Source: Botryllus schlosseri (lineage: Eukaryota). From it: a stretch of DNA of 60,000 nucleotides. The stretch spans positions 7,814,001 through 7,874,000 of the forward strand of contig CM119371.1 of the NCBI GenBank assembly GCA_051294905.1, written 5' to 3'. The notes under the pieces are model-generated. The model was given only the letters and a program-made list of their open reading frames with translations, searched no databases and was not told where the DNA came from. This document shows positions 41,815-52,800 of this stretch, piece by piece; position 1 is the first letter of the stretch, and every line of letters begins with the position of its first letter. A program made the position numbers and the translations under genes.

Positions 41815-43013
41815 GGACGAAGTCCGGTTGGGACCGATATCCATAGACTATCCACTAATAAATGGTCAAACCATCAACACGAAGTCCATGCTCACACTAA
41901 AGGGTCACGGATGGCTGGATCATCAGGTTTTAAATGCTGACAGCAAGCTAATTATAGTAGCTGTTGTCATCTGATACTCATTGATATCTTATTTGCACAT
42001 TTCTCACAGATCATGGACTCCACCATGTCGATTTTTACATCCACCCTCGCAAATGTGAGTACAATTATATTATAACTAGCATTTTGAAAACTGCATATGC
42101 GCATTTGTTCCGCAGGGATGCTACCAAACTGTGTCGTGTCAATACGCAACTGAATGGTGGTTCAGAGGCCAATTTCAAGCATGTTATCACAAGTCAATGG
42201 TATGTGGTGATTGGAGTATCACGTATAAAATGCTGTAAATGACATAATGCGGTTCTGTCTGTATGCTGCAGATCGATAGCATGTTGAAACGTCCACGTCC
42301 ATTGATCACGTCACTGCATGTCCATGGAAACCATTGGATATTCTTGGTATGAGCATTGTGCATTGAATTTGTCTTGTGACCTGTATAGTGCAGGCCTACA
42401 TCGAACAATATGTTATTGCATTTAATAGGGAATTGATTTTGATTGCGGTAAAATAACAATTTACGATCCCATGGGCCATGAAGAAACATATGAAGAAAAT
42501 ATTATGAAAAACTGCAGGTTAGATGACGTATTGTACGTATTGACGTATAAAATAAAGATAATCATGAAATATGGTCATTTGGTGTACATTTATTATACAA
42601 TATAAATTTACCATTTAAACTATTTTCGTTTTATCAGGAACTTTTTCAACCTCTACACTGCACATCGCCATTCTTTGCAAAAGAACATTTATCACCACGA
42701 GCAACAACAGGATGGATTCAATTGTGGAGTATTGGTGTTAAAAGTAATCTAATGATATGATGTGTACAACGAAATTAATTTCCTCACTATCTCAATATTA
42801 CACAGTTTGCGGAGCGTCTTTTGAGAGGTCTCCCAATTGACTTCCCCTATGACGAAAAGAGTTGCGACCAATATAGGGAACACTTTGGGAACATAATTCT
42901 GAACTACGAGAGGTAATGTGTAGTCACATGTATTATATTCAATCAAACTGTGGTTCATCTATGTAATTCCATTTAGGCATGAGGAATGTCAAGCACCTGC
43001 TTCCAAGAACTGA
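41815..43013 (+). CDS. Ulp1/SENP-like cysteine protease (peptidase C48, clan CE), spliced; 5' end not defined
   Basis: Eight GT-AG exons join in frame: 41815-41926, 42010-42054, 42116-42199, 42272-42346, 42429-42517, 42638-42743, 42806-42912, 42977-43013. Translation contains TLKGHGWLDHQIMD, HGNHWIFLGIDFDCGKITIYDPMG and QQQDGFNCGVLVLKFAERLLRGLPIDF, i.e. the ordered C48 motifs with His, Asp, Gln and Cys. Confidence 0.85.
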
Positions 43014-43120
43014 TTTGCGTCGGAATCGGTTCTTTACATTTTGTGTTTTCTTTATTAAAACCACTTTGTTTTACTTTGCCTGAATTCTACTGTTTGTATA
43101 TGATCGAAGGATTGTGAATT

Positions 43121-44500
43121 GTCCGGGATGTTGCTTAATGAACTTTGAAAATGGTACATAGGCGCGACTGGTAATCGCAATTTACGCGTATTGATAGGCC
43201 CACTTCAAAGTGATAGTTGGACATCGAGTCGGACCTAGAATTGTTCTAATTTACTTTTATATCAACGTTTATGATCATTGGAGTATATTAAAACCAGATT
43301 GGTACTCGGGAAACTGTCCGGAGTGTTGCTTAATGAACTTTGAAAATGGTACATAGCCGCGGCTGATAATCGCAATTTTCGCGTATTGATAGGCCCACTT
43401 CAAAGTGATAGTTGGACATCGTGTCGGACCTAGAATTGTTCTAATTTACTTTTATATCCACGTTTATGATCATTGGAGTATATTAAAACCAGATTGGTCC
43501 TCGGGAAACTGTCCGGGGTGTTGCTTAATGAACTTTGAAAATGGTACATAGGCGCGGCTGATAATCGCAATTTTCGCGTATTGATAGGCCCACTTCAAAG
43601 TGATAGTTGGACATCGTGTCGGACCTAGAATTGTTCTAATTTACTTTTATATCCACGTTTATGATCATTGGAGTATATTAAAACCAGATTGGTCCTCGGG
43701 AAACTGTCCGGGGTGTTGCTTAATGAACTTTGAAAATGGTACATAGGCGCGGCTGATAATCGCAATTTTCGCGTATTGATAGGCCCACTTCAAAGTGATA
43801 GTTGGACATCGTGTCGGACCTAGAATTGTTCTAATTTACTTTTATATCCACGTTTATGATCATTGGAGTATATTAAAACCAGATTGGTCCTCGGGAAACT
43901 GTCAGGGGTGTTGCTTAATGAACTTTGAAAATGGTACATAGGTGCGGCTGATAATCGCAATTTTCGCGTATTGATAGGCCCACTTTAAAGTGATAGTTGG
44001 ACATCGTGTCGGACCTAGAATTGTTCTAATTTACTTTTATATCCACGTTTATGATCATTGGAGTATATTAAAACCAGATTGGTTCTCGGGAAACTGTCCG
44101 GGGTGTTGCCTAATGAACTTTGAAAATGGTACATAGGCGCGGCTGATAATCGCAATTCACGCGTATTGATAGGCCAAATTCAAAGTGATAGTTGGACATC
44201 GTGTCGGACCTAGAATTGTTCTAATTTACTTTTATATCCACGTTTATGATCATTGGAGTATATTAAAACCAGATTGGTCCTCGGGAAACTGTCAGGGGTG
44301 TTGTTTAATGAACTTTGAAAATGGTACATAGGCGCGGCTGGTAATCGCAATTCACGCGTATTGATAGGCCAAATTCAAAGTGATAGTTGGACATCGTGTC
44401 GGACCTAGAATTGTTCTAATTTACTTTTATATCCATGTTAATGATCATTGGAGTATATTAAAACCAGATTGGTCCTCGGGAAACTGTCCGGGGTATTGCT
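43121..44500. repeat. Tandem array, 7 near-identical copies of a 195-bp unit
   Basis: Unit start GTC(C/A)GG at 43121, 43316, 43511, 43706, 43901, 44096, 44291 and a partial at 44486; only scattered substitutions, no indels. Confidence 0.97.
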
Positions 44501-45034
44501 AAATATGTTGACGCGCTACTCATCAGCGCAATTCATACATGACTTTTTTTATCGCTGTGGATGTGATTTCTGTTGACTTAAAACGACAGTGCTAGTATAT
44601 TCAGCTATATCTTAGTCGAGAAACTACTTATAATAGTCCTACTATTCTAGATTTATCACATTTTGTATTTCATGTTCATGGTGACTCATTTTTTATTTCC
44701 GTTGATATGACAATCGTGCTACGATGATAGCAGTATTTCATAGGTTGTCTTTGTCAAAGTTGCAAAGTATATGGCTTGTTGCTGTATTAAGCCGTGGATT
44801 GGATGGTAAGTATTGATGTATTTATTGTTCCTGTCTTCGTTGTAATATATCCGCCGAATCTGCAATGCGTCACTGGGTATAGTCGAACCTGAAGCAACTT
44901 AGTCGTATTCAGTCGGATACCGGTATATAGCGGGAACTGCCAAACGGCTGCAAATAGTGATCAAAGTTTACTGCGTATCCATTTGTATGTAGTTGTAGAT
45001 CATGTTGAAGTTGGTAATGCGTTAGTAGTCCTAG

Positions 45035-45591
45035 CAGGGTTGTAACCAAGTCACAAGGCTCCGAGTCACAAGTCAATCTCACTCTTATATTTCGACTCGA
45101 GTCAAGTCGAGTCATTTTCAATTCCCACCGAGTCAAGTCCGAGTCCAAGTCAGCGAACAGAGGATCGAGTCCGAGTCCAAGTCATTGTGTTGACTGCTCA
45201 GTTTCCATTTAAAGTCTTCCTAAACCCACTTTTTTAACTCTGTTTGGTGATATTGAATGGTTCGCATTTATAATATATCAATTTGCCTCACTTTTAGCAG
45301 TTTCTGGTCGCATTTTCAAGCACCAGTACCAACAAACGAAATCCCAATAGTGTGTTGGCTTCGAAATTACAATGAAATGTCGGTCTTCGCCGTCTGAATC
45401 TCGAGTCAATGACTTGCTTCGAGTCCTGCACAATGACTCGAGTCCAAGTCGAGTCAATTCACAGATTGACTCGAGTCTAGTCGAGTCATTTCCGTATTTT
45501 GAGAAAATGACTCGAGTCGAGTCGAGTCATCCAAAAATCGTGACTCGAGTCTGACTCGAGTCGAGTCATTACTCGAGTCATTACAACCCTG
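45035..45591. mobile_element. GACTC-rich hAT-type MITE inserted in the cassette
   Basis: TIRs CAGGGTTGTAA / TTACAACCCTG, TSD AGTCCTAG/AGTTCTAG. Confidence 0.85.
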
Positions 45592-45989
45592 AGTTCTAGA
45601 CGTTTCACAAGCTTCCTTGTTTTTATTTTGTACCGTACTGGGCAATGTTAAAGTGAAGTATTTATCCAACTGGAGGAATATTCATCCTGAGGTGATTGAA
45701 GAAACTTCAGCTTTAAAAAATATGGGATATCATGCTATACTCGAGTCTTTGATTCAAGATTTGAAAACCCTAGAAACATAAGGAACTGATGTAAATTTGT
45801 ATTTTACAGATATATATACTCAAGTTGTGGTACTTGTGAAATAAGTGCCCGGAGGTCTAGGCGGCAATAGTTGTTGCATCATAAAATGGGAGTGTTGTAG
45901 GATAGTAAGTGTTTTACATGTACATTGAAATGAGGGTGAAAAAATCACCAGGTCTGGTAAGGAACAAGTGAAAAAAATGACCCTGCCAT

Positions 45990-47078
45990 ATGAATAACAC
46001 GGGTTTAAAATATGAGAGAATCAGTAAATATGAGGTATCAAGAAAAAGAAGGTTTGACCCGCAAAGGACGGTAGAGAGTGGATGGACGCCACATACTGTC
46101 TTGTTTACTTGCGCAGATACGTGGGGAGGAACCTACAATGTGTTGAGTTTGATCGAATCGGGTGCGCTTCTCAACACACAAGACTGTGTGCTATTTCTGA
46201 GAAATCACGGGTTGTTGGTGCGAAGGATGAAATGCAAGCGATGTAGAAATATAATGAAAGAGGAAAATACTTCGACAGGCTACGATGGGTTTAGGTGGCG
46301 ATGCAACCCCTGTGATACTACGGCGACTATACGGAAACACTCGATATTCGCGGGAAGCAAGGTAGAACTTCCCAAATTATTAATATTGTTCTACTTTTGG
46401 GCCCATGACGCGTTGCAAACTCAAATTGCGCATGAAGCAGAGATTAGCCAGCGTTCAACGGTCACTTGGTGTGGCCGTTTGCGAAAGCTTTGTTCGGCCG
46501 AATTTCACAGGAAGAAACGACGTTTAGGAAGTGAAAAAGGCTGTGTGATCATTGATGAAACGCATTTAGCTAAGCGCCGGGCTGCCTCGGGTAAAGGACC
46601 AGCTGTTAAAGCCATTTGGGGGTTCGGAGGCATAGATAAAGCTACCGGAAAAATGTTCATAGAAATAACTTCCGACAGGACTGCTGAAGTATTCCGAAAA
46701 CTCATAGTAGAAAATGTGGCAGAAGGGTCCACAATTCTAACCGATGCCTACCCTTCCTACAGGGGCATAGAGAGCTGGGGGAAGGGTTATACACACGGTG
46801 TAGTGGACCACTCCCGTTGGTTTAAGGACCCTCGGACAGCTTTTTGTACTAATGAAATCGAAGGGGCCTGGGGACAGCTCAAATATCATTTACATAGGTC
46901 TCGTGGTTTAGCACGTCATCTTTTGGCCGATTACGTAGGGGAGTTTTTGTGGAAACGTCAACATCAAAAGACTGACCGATTCTTGGCACTCCTGCGTACC
47001 ATACACAATGACCCACAGTATAATTTTGATAAATTTGATGGGTCTCCTGTATTACCACCATTGGAAACCCCGCTATAG
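45990..47078 (+). CDS. Merlin / IS1595(IS1016)-family DDE transposase
   Basis: 362-aa open frame with Zn ribbon CKRC..WRCNPC, IRKHSIFAGSK, catalytic VIIDET, WGFGGIDK, ILTDAYPSY, HGVVDHS, TNEIEGAWGQLK and YVGEFLWK. The true start is uncertain (possible splice acceptor at 46116). Confidence 0.93.
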   Translation: MNNTGLKYERISKYEVSRKRRFDPQRTVESGWTPHTVLFTCADTWGGTYNVLSLIESGALLNTQDCVLFLRNHGLLVRRMKCKRCRNIMKEENTSTGYDGFRWRCNPCDTTATIRKHSIFAGSKVELPKLLILFYFWAHDALQTQIAHEAEISQRSTVTWCGRLRKLCSAEFHRKKRRLGSEKGCVIIDETHLAKRRAASGKGPAVKAIWGFGGIDKATGKMFIEITSDRTAEVFRKLIVENVAEGSTILTDAYPSYRGIESWGKGYTHGVVDHSRWFKDPRTAFCTNEIEGAWGQLKYHLHRSRGLARHLLADYVGEFLWKRQHQKTDRFLALLRTIHNDPQYNFDKFDGSPVLPPLETPL

Positions 47079-47163
47079 GGTTCTAGGACGGAAATGACGC
47101 TATCTGTTATTTTGTGTTTTTACAGACGTTAGTCTAGGGCTAGTGCGCGATTACATTTAATTT

Positions 47164-47307
47164 ATGACGTGGAAAGAATCACCACCACTATCCGTACCAT
47201 GGACCTCCTTCCTCATTCTCTGTCTATCCTTGTTGGTATCATTTGTACATCTGATTTGTTGCTGCATACGGCGGCGCAAGGCATGCGCGGACTCGCAGAT
47301 CCTGTAA
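47164..47307 (+). CDS. 47-aa single-TM micro-protein overlapping the glycoprotein start
   Basis: First ATG after the acceptor at 47125: MTWKESPPLSVPWTSFLILCLSLLVSFVHLICCCIRRRKACADSQIL*; hydrophobic helix, then CCC, then RRRK. Confidence 0.55.
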   Translation: MTWKESPPLSVPWTSFLILCLSLLVSFVHLICCCIRRRKACADSQIL

Positions 47308-49715
47308 CAAGTAGAGCACGATCTTTCACTCAGGGGACACTAGGTGAACTACGGGGACCCCTGCCTGATGAATGGGTCACTTTAAATGATACACAATGGG
47401 AGGACTATCACTTGATGAGCATATTCAATAAAACTGCGGAGCGACATGTATATAGACGGCCTGAGTTGTTTTACAGTAAGTCATTTGGTTACGTAGTGGC
47501 TGAGCGACTTTCGTTACAACAAATGGCGTTTCCACATGGAAGATATTGGTCAAGCGTACAAGAATTTGAACGCACTTGTCTATGTCAGCGGCGCCTGGGT
47601 CAAATCACGCCCAATATTTCCTATGATGTTCTTAAACAAACGAACATGTTCATACGTCCAATAGGATTTTATAGGATTCAGTGGTTCTGGAATGGGGACC
47701 AATACTTGTTTCATGACCTTGGCAGGAATTACTCCATGTTTGCTCTTACCAAATTTAAATTGATTATGATCCGACTATTCGAAAGTTACTCAGCTGTTGA
47801 AGCTTCATGCCGTCAAGAGCAAATGGGAGATCAGGACAAAGAAAAAATGAGTGAATTGAATAAGTATAATGCCAGTAGCAATAGTTTTACACAATGCTGG
47901 CATCTAGTACATAAAAACTACGCCTCCCACAGCACCTTTTGGCAAAAATTTCACTCCTGGAGGGAAGAAGGGATCATAATAGGAATCTGTACAAGGTGTA
48001 ATTTTAGAGGAGTGATTTCTGCCCTGGAACCAAATAAGGCAGATATAATCATCCAAGAAATAGTAATGACTACAGTAAGTGACTGGCAGTATGTGCGCAA
48101 TAAGTTGATACCATGCCGGGCCCAGGGGGGATGGATTAATCAGGACTGGTTTGCGCACTTATGGCCCAAGAATGCTGTAATAGCCCATTCGTGCAACTTC
48201 TGGCCAGGAATGAATACCACTCTATGGGGTGATCTACCAACGACAAATTTCCCTCCGAGAGTAAAATGGATACAACCGTCTTTTCCAAATGTGGATCATA
48301 GTGTGTATGCTAATCGTGGCAATCAGGGCATGAAGTGGAATAATCTTTTTGATGGTGAGCCGACTAGGTTTAAGGCATCTACATCAACATGGGTACCTTT
48401 TCCCAGGCCAATGTGGAAATTCTTCCCCTCTCTTACTGCGTCGGACATAGCATGTAAAAATAGAATATCACGTAACCAGGATTTGTGTCGCGACCCTGTG
48501 GGCGGACCCATTTTGAAGGCAGCATTTTGGGACCATGTTCATTTTGATCCGGAGCTAAACCGACCACGTTTCCCAGGAGGCCCAATAGAAATTAAGGGAG
48601 AGATAGTATCGAGTGAGAGTATCAAACGGGGTACGCGTGGAAGACGTAAAAGGTTTCTGTCCGGATTATTATGTCTAATATTCGGCCTGGTGTCAGCAGT
48701 AGCCGTCGTGGCGTCAGTTTCATCCCAATTGCATGAAGAAACGGTAGATCTGACCAGACAAATCAATGATAGAATGACGCAAGCTACGCAGAGGTCCACT
48801 GCACTAGGAAGGAAGATTAACGAGCTCTCTCGGCTCCAGATAGCTCAACAACAAAAATTGGACCAAACAGTGGCCACTATGGAAGTTAGGTCATCACTAG
48901 TAAATAAACGCCTAGTATTATTGGAAAAATACATAGAGAGGAATCGACAGATGATAGTAACACAAGCAACAGCCTCTTTGACCTCTTTTCAAAACTATAA
49001 AGAAATGAGTGATGCCGAACTAGCCATCGATCGATTGGTTTTAAATGAATTGGCTAATTTAACTGGCAAGTTAATATTTGACTCCAGCAAGGTATATCTC
49101 ACGAAAATCCGACAAGGAACGTTACGTATAAAAGAACATGCTCAACAATTCACAGCCTATAGAGACGCTTACATCAATGAGACGAATGACATCGGAGTGG
49201 AACTACGTGCTAATCGTATAGGTCTAGATCAAGCCCAACAAAATGTAGATTTCGGGTTGCAAGTTTGGAGAGAAGATCTGAATAAGAGTGTGTACATGAA
49301 CATTTCTGATTGGCGATATGAGAATATTACAGTGAAGCCTTTCGAATTTGTGGGAGGAAAAGAATTTATGAAGAACTTTGGCCAAACGATAGAAGAGATG
49401 GCACATGCTTCCGGAAGCTTGATAAAATCAGTTGGAGATAGTGCAGGAGATCTACTACAAGACGGATTAGGTGCGGTCGGAGGAATATTCAGTAAGGGAA
49501 TGAGCGGAATTTTTTCCGGCCTGGGGTCTGTTTTAATTCCAGTAATTTTGATATTGGGGGCTGGGATCATCTTGTTTTGTTGCTGTCGTTATAGCAGTCT
49601 TTGCTGTCCTAAGTTAAAACCTAAAGTACAAAGGCGAAACGCGAACACTCAGTTGACAATGTACATATCGTCGGTGCCTACCTACCCGAAAACAGCCAAA
49701 TCAACAAGGATGTAG
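47199..49715 (+). CDS. Viral-type class I fusion glycoprotein-like protein (838 aa from the ATG)
   Basis: ACCATGG start, signal-like N-terminus, many NxS/T sequons, multibasic RGRRKR then hydrophobic FLSGLLCLIFGLVSAVAVVASVS, long heptad region, Gly-rich amphipathic membrane-proximal segment, TM VLIPVILILGAGIILF, tail CCCRYSSLCCPK. Intronless. Confidence 0.8.
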   Translation: MDLLPHSLSILVGIICTSDLLLHTAAQGMRGLADPVTSRARSFTQGTLGELRGPLPDEWVTLNDTQWEDYHLMSIFNKTAERHVYRRPELFYSKSFGYVVAERLSLQQMAFPHGRYWSSVQEFERTCLCQRRLGQITPNISYDVLKQTNMFIRPIGFYRIQWFWNGDQYLFHDLGRNYSMFALTKFKLIMIRLFESYSAVEASCRQEQMGDQDKEKMSELNKYNASSNSFTQCWHLVHKNYASHSTFWQKFHSWREEGIIIGICTRCNFRGVISALEPNKADIIIQEIVMTTVSDWQYVRNKLIPCRAQGGWINQDWFAHLWPKNAVIAHSCNFWPGMNTTLWGDLPTTNFPPRVKWIQPSFPNVDHSVYANRGNQGMKWNNLFDGEPTRFKASTSTWVPFPRPMWKFFPSLTASDIACKNRISRNQDLCRDPVGGPILKAAFWDHVHFDPELNRPRFPGGPIEIKGEIVSSESIKRGTRGRRKRFLSGLLCLIFGLVSAVAVVASVSSQLHEETVDLTRQINDRMTQATQRSTALGRKINELSRLQIAQQQKLDQTVATMEVRSSLVNKRLVLLEKYIERNRQMIVTQATASLTSFQNYKEMSDAELAIDRLVLNELANLTGKLIFDSSKVYLTKIRQGTLRIKEHAQQFTAYRDAYINETNDIGVELRANRIGLDQAQQNVDFGLQVWREDLNKSVYMNISDWRYENITVKPFEFVGGKEFMKNFGQTIEEMAHASGSLIKSVGDSAGDLLQDGLGAVGGIFSKGMSGIFSGLGSVLIPVILILGAGIILFCCCRYSSLCCPKLKPKVQRRNANTQLTMYISSVPTYPKTAKSTRM

Positions 49716-49801
49716 TACATACATATGTACTAAAAGGGTTTTGCTTTTATAAAATTTAACTTTTCATAAGTTCACAGATATACTAACTAATTTATAATGA
49801 T

Positions 49802-52800
49802 ATGAACTGTTACCAGAAAATATGGATTGTGCTGACAGTATCTTTAATACTGCACCGAGGATATCTGCAAACTCATGGCGAATTATTGCCCCTATCTGCT
49901 ATGAGTGTAGTGCCCAGAATCACATTTAATCTTACAGGATGGACAACGTTCCGGTATCAAGGTCTCAGATACCTCCGCCTTAATCGGCTATTCAAATTAA
50001 ATGAGAGTTGGCCAATAGGTGAAACGGAAAATAATTTTCCAATACACGAAGAAACACCCGAATTTGGTCCAACACGAGCTGGCAAAGATCAATTGTATAA
50101 GTTATTTGCACCCTCAAGGACTGAGAGGCGGTATTGGAACAATGTAAGGCAATACGAAAGAGAATGCGGATGCAATCGAAAACTATCACGAGTATCTCCC
50201 GATATTATGTTATCGGCCTTGACCAGAACCATAACGTATCGACGGAAAAATAATTTCGGATTAATACATACATGGAAATATGTTGTAGGGCGGGAATCAA
50301 GTTTTCCAATAGTCGTTCCTAGAAATCTCCGTCGAGTAATCTCTCCAAATACAACCCCAGAAGTTACTATACACCAGCTGTTGACCGTTTACAAGTTATC
50401 AGTGATGAACCACTTGGCACAATATGCAACAGTAACAGCAAGGTGTCGACAACATTCGGAAGGAATCGAGGGGTGGAAGGTCAACAAAGGCGAATTTAGT
50501 GTATGTATATTCGAAAATACTAGCGGAATGCAATGTATAGGATGTGCATTTTATACAGACAATCGGGCAGTAAATACACTGTCCAGGGAATTTGTGTTCA
50601 TGGAAATAGATAACAGCATTAGAGGACTAGGAACAAGAATGCAAGAAACCTATTCCTACAGTCAATGGCCAGCAGGAGTCAAACTACCCAGATTACATCA
50701 CGACATCGTGTGGTTAAAGGCTCGAAATGAAACCGGGCCCAGAGAGAGGCCAGCAAACTTTGATGGTCATACTTGGTTTAGATTGAGGATTTACGCCCTT
50801 CGCGAACATCTAAATAATGAAACTCAACGGATAATGGGAAGGAAAAATTTTCCGACTATGTTGCTAGGCAGCATAGAATGTGAACGCAAGAAAAATAGGA
50901 AAGTTTGCCGTAATGCAATAGGAAGTTTGAAGACGGCTTTGGCCTTTAAGGAAGTGTTATATGACCCATACACAAACCAATCCGTGTATGCAGATCATAG
51001 CAATGGTCGATTAAAAATTGCATCTCCAAGACCTACAGGTCAGGAACCTCCACTCGAGGCATGGCCCAATAATCTATCGTATTGTAAACAACCCGGGAGA
51101 TTAGGCAATTTTGTTCTGACTGCATCACTTCAAAACAATGGACAAAACACAAAAAATATGGATTACTATCTAGCCCGCCTAGGAATGTTTTATGTAGAAA
51201 TAACGAAAAGACGTTTACGCCAGTTGTCGCTTCCCATATACAAAAAGCGAAAAAATCTAGAGAGGCTGGAAAGACCAATAACAATAGCTGACATGGCTTC
51301 TTTAAGTCAGGAACTAGGATCAATATTGACGCAACGGAAACTGAGTAGGGTAAACGAGGGGCTATTAAGCTACATGTCGACGAAAAAATTGAGAGAGGCG
51401 CCACTTCAAGACGATATGCGGCTATTTCGACCTAGCGTTGCCTACAAAGCTATAATATGTGCGGGTATATTGGTATATACACCTTATGCCTATAAGGAGA
51501 ATATCAAAATGAATACGAACTCCGCACGGCCATCAAGTTTTGCAAAAGTAATAACATCAAGGCCTATCAATCATGAAGATACCACTCGAATGGCGGTCCC
51601 CAATAGCGAGTCTAGCACAGTGTATAATTTCACTCCTATTAATATAAGTCAACAACCAACTATGAGAACGGGGGAAACCATCACAAACACTGAGGGGAGT
51701 GTAAGAATGACGAATCAATACGATACTAACCGCTATAACTACGATTATATAGAAGATTATGACGAAGGATTTAGCTATGACGGATATGACAATAATACTA
51801 GTTTTCAAGACTCTGGAAATTACTACTATGACTACTATGACGAAGACGGAGAATATGAGGGTTCACTTAAACGTAGGCCCCTACCCGTAGCTGATACTAC
51901 GGATTCCACAAATATTATTGAAACTACAATGGTGTTACCGATGATTGAAGCTCCAACATCGACTAAAAATACTCAATATGCAATCAAGTTAACAACGGAT
52001 ACAACAATTCCAACGCCAGGAACGTCTGCATATACGTCAGGTAGTATTACGTCCCCACGAACAACTACTGCGATCACACCATATACCAGAGGGTTGGCAT
52101 CGGCCATTATCAATTCCGGAACGACTTCATCGACACCGCTTCCAGCCATATTAACAACTGTGCATTCCTCGCGAGAAGATAACACCAGCCCAAGATCAAC
52201 TGCATCTATTTCTACATTCTTAGCTACAGTGAAAACTATGAGTGAACAAGAAAGACGTGGGACGAGCCCCACAACTATATTCACAACTTTGAAACTGTCT
52301 ACATCTATATCAACAGAGATGGACGTTCAGAAAAACATTGGTATTGCTACGACAGGACTCACCTTTTCCAAAAGTAAGTTAACAACGCTTACAACAATGG
52401 AGAGAACGGCAAACGCACAGTTACAATGGAATACCATGGCTTATCAAGGATCCACAAAAAACGGTGAAATGTTAGGCTCCATACCCGTGCCAATAAAGAA
52501 AACACCCCAGATTACGCAAATACCTGAGTCTTATATACAATTAAGTCATCACACAAGTCAACTCATGGACACAACATCGCCTATAGCGCATTTCAAAATG
52601 TTGCTGGATACAACACCAGTAGCAACGACGGTTGAAACGCACCAATATTTCGTCACCAGCAAGTCCCGCTCTAATACAGAACCAGATAATTCAAGCAGAG
52701 AGCAAGATATACAGGTAAGAACTAAATCAACATCAATGCTTTCATCAGGGGATTATCAGAGCGAACCCACATCAGTAAGTAAAAATGATGTGATCAGAAG

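Noticed and set aside
43121..44500. 195-bp array as a CRISPR array or as repeated minus-strand exons (135-nt exon plus 60-nt GT-AG intron)
   Set aside because: No unique spacers, so not CRISPR. The one candidate frame (GPTRCPTITLKWAYQYAK..) has TAA or TGA at the same codon in copies 1, 6 and 7, so coding is not maintained.
47169..47198. GTG start given by the ORF track for the 848-aa protein
   Set aside because: In a eukaryotic context the ATG at 47199 with a strong Kozak sequence, directly before the signal-like segment, is the more likely start.
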